The position numbers and the translations under genes are program-made. This document shows, piece after piece, positions 62,301-64,000 of a stretch of DNA of 64,000 nt. The stretch's first letter is position 1. Each line of letters begins with the position of its first letter. This DNA comes from Oculina patagonica (Eukaryota): assembly GCF_052425735.1 (NCBI RefSeq), contig NC_135768.1:18910001-18974000 (forward strand), given 5' to 3'. Under the pieces are notes generated by a model. That model saw only the letters and a list, made by a program, of their open reading frames with translations, was not told the origin of the DNA and searched no databases.

Positions 62301-62897
62301 TCCTTCGCTGCGCTTGTAAATAGCCAAATGGTCTGCCTCCTGCCAGATGGGATTTTTAACCATGTTAAGTTCATTTACAATTCAGTTTGCGGTTTCTGTT
62401 TTGTCTTGATGGAAATGAAAGCAATGACCAAAATAATGGTACAGAATTTTCAAATGACTTCCAATCAGAATGAAACGACCACCTCAAAACGTAGTCCACA
62501 ATTTTTGAATGAATTTTCTGGAAAATTACATTTCCATTTCCTTTCCAACCAAAATTATGGGATTTTGGTTAAATGTGAGTTCAAAATCCTTAATTTTGCA
62601 TCCCAAAGCGAGACGATAAGCATCCTTGTACCTTTCATATGGGAGTCCCCACAGGGGGCTGGGGGATGGGGGTAATGTCAAAAGTCGGGCATTGTAATGT
62701 ACATGTGTACATGTAAGTACTGGTATCATCAATGTTGTGTTATGACAGTGTCATTTTTCCTAACTGTAGTGTGCCCCACCTTTGGTTGTGGCTTCTAATA
62801 TTGACGAGAGAACACTCAAAAGAGAAGGTGTGTGTGCAGCATCTCTTCCCACAACGATGGGCATAGTAGCAGGATTCCTTGTTCAAAATACTCTCAA
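53323..62897 (+). CDS. UBA5: Ubiquitin-like modifier-activating enzyme 5 (UFM1 E1), first 9 exons; continues beyond the window
   Basis: Exons 53323-53462 ([12 protein letters not shown]), 57434-57479 ([11 protein letters not shown]), 58226-58315 (VGVGGVGS), 58424-58470 ([12 protein letters not shown]), 58881-58943, 60231-60317, 61305-61386 (CVDNFEAR), 62054-62158 ([12 protein letters not shown]) and 62770-62897 (catalytic [10 protein letters not shown]). Confidence 0.97.
53646..54247. mobile_element. Non-autonomous DNA element in UBA5 intron 1
   Basis: Imperfect inverted ends attcttggttttcatgttacg / cgtgacagtgaaaaccagcaat. Confidence 0.5.
55630..56195 (+). mobile_element. tRNA-derived SINE with tandemly amplified tail (about 30-bp units, 55890-56160)
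   Basis: Homologous to 24467-24898; repeated actggacccactggcctg..gggccact. Confidence 0.7.
57500..58165 (+). repeat. About 104-bp satellite-like array, about 6 degenerate units, in UBA5 intron 2
   Basis: Repeated ctgtggatgaaaccctagtgtgtgacc...gagcagtactttcatgtggtactgtttattatgctg..caaggtggttctaac. Confidence 0.88.
58533..58745 (+). mobile_element. tRNA-derived SINE followed by a (TTTA)n tail
   Basis: gggagcaggaatggcacagtggtgagagcgcttgctcctcaccagtgtggcccggg head matches the 10372-11264 SINE; (TTTA)n continues to about 58800. Confidence 0.75.
59614..60052. mobile_element. TIR element with internal gcggattt repeats
   Basis: gaggggggtgaata / tattcaccccctc ends, flanked by direct ctagta. Confidence 0.7.
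60850..60929. mobile_element. MITE TAGCCTC...GAGGCTA with 9-bp TSD
   Basis: Flanks caacgaatg / catcgaatg; homologous to 40441-40547. Confidence 0.8.
62190..62376 (+). mobile_element. tRNA-derived SINE
   Basis: A box tggccgggtgg, degenerate B box gggtgcaagtcc, then a non-tRNA body. Confidence 0.65.
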
Positions 62898-63142
62898 GTA
62901 AGTTCCTACGTGTAAATGACCTGTCATTGTTATTTAGCATAACCCAATCACTGACACACAATGTGATTGGCTACACAGGTGCCTACAATAAATCCATTGT
63001 AGGCTCTGCTATATAAACATTGTAGTCAGCATCGAGGACTAAAAGTATTTAGACAGTTTCTGCTGAATATTTGAGCAATAAAAGCAAAAATAAAGTTACC
63101 AAAAAGAGCTCATAGCATGGTAACAGTTTTTAATACAGTTAA

Positions 63143-64000
63143 GGTGTCTCGACCCAGTATTTTTCTAGCGATACCTACCAACTTTAAACCCCTCATACCC
63201 GAAAAGGTTAAGGTCAATGACATATCCATTATATTACATTGATTACACATAGACTGAAATGCAATATGATATAAATTTTTTTAAGATCGGAATGAATATC
63301 ACGTGACTGTGACGTCGCACTAGTTTTAGCTCAGAACCGAATTCTTAGCCGGTAAACGCATTTTCTCTCGAGATCCTTCACGCTACGTATACCTTGGGTG
63401 TTTGCCTTCAGCTCTGCGAAGTTTCATCAAAATCTACAAGAGGAATTTTGAAATATCTTGGAATTTCTATAAACATGGTATAATTTATGCATAAAATAAC
63501 GATAAGACTTCCTATAAAAAAAATGGCTACTTTTTTATGTCAAATGAAAGTCTTTAGCTCACATTCCTTTAACAAATGTCCCACAAACCATTAGAAGTAG
63601 GTAGACTTACGCGATTTCGAAAAATATGAGAATGTCTGAATCGTAGTGAAACTCAATGTTGAGCTTTATTTACCATTGCTAAGGCTACTTTCGCGAAAAA
63701 AGCGATTATTTCAAAACTCGTCAATGAATTTTCTCCAAAATTTTTCAGAATGACAATTGATCAGCACACTACACAATCCCTGAATTTCATGCTCATTGAA
63801 AACTTCTAAGGCTGTCTAACATAAACCGCAAAATTGGGTAAATATTGAAGCGATGGACATTTGTTAAAGTAATTAGAGCTAAAGACTTTCATTTGACATA
63901 AAAAAATAGCAAATTTCTTTATATGAAGTCTTATTGTTATTTTATGCATAAATTATACCATGTTTATAGAAATTCCAAGATATTTCAAAATTCCTCTTGT
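63143..64000. mobile_element. Long-TIR DNA element truncated by the window end
   Basis: 63436-63560 is the near-perfect reverse complement of 63876-64000; probable left end ttaa|ggtgtctcgacc. Confidence 0.7.

Overview
AT-rich eukaryotic genomic DNA with GT-AG introns. The GPCR types and repeat landscape suggest an anthozoan cnidarian, probably a stony coral (inference). I reconstructed the genes by hand from splice sites and reading phase. (1) A minus-strand type II membrane protein with an F5/8C (discoidin) domain followed by a DUF229-like alkaline-phosphatase-superfamily domain, running off the left edge. (2) A tandem-duplicated pair of intronless rhodopsin-class GPCRs plus a third pseudogenic fragment; one copy has lost its DRY-motif segment. 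(3) A 3-exon peptide-receptor-like GPCR whose intron 2 holds a 5'-truncated Penelope retroelement with two inverted minimal hammerhead ribozymes. (4) An intronless melatonin-receptor-like GPCR. (5) A membrane-anchored hevein-like plus SGNH protein. (6) HDHD2 (5 exons). (7) CDC6 (13 exons), head-to-head with (8) UBA5 (9 exons visible) across a 325-bp spacer with E2F, CCAAT and YY1 motifs. Introns and intergenic DNA are dense in MITEs (several with 9-bp TSDs), tRNA-derived SINEs, nested insertions and minisatellites. Most short ORFs in the supplied track are spurious. No database searches were run; family calls rest on recognised motifs.
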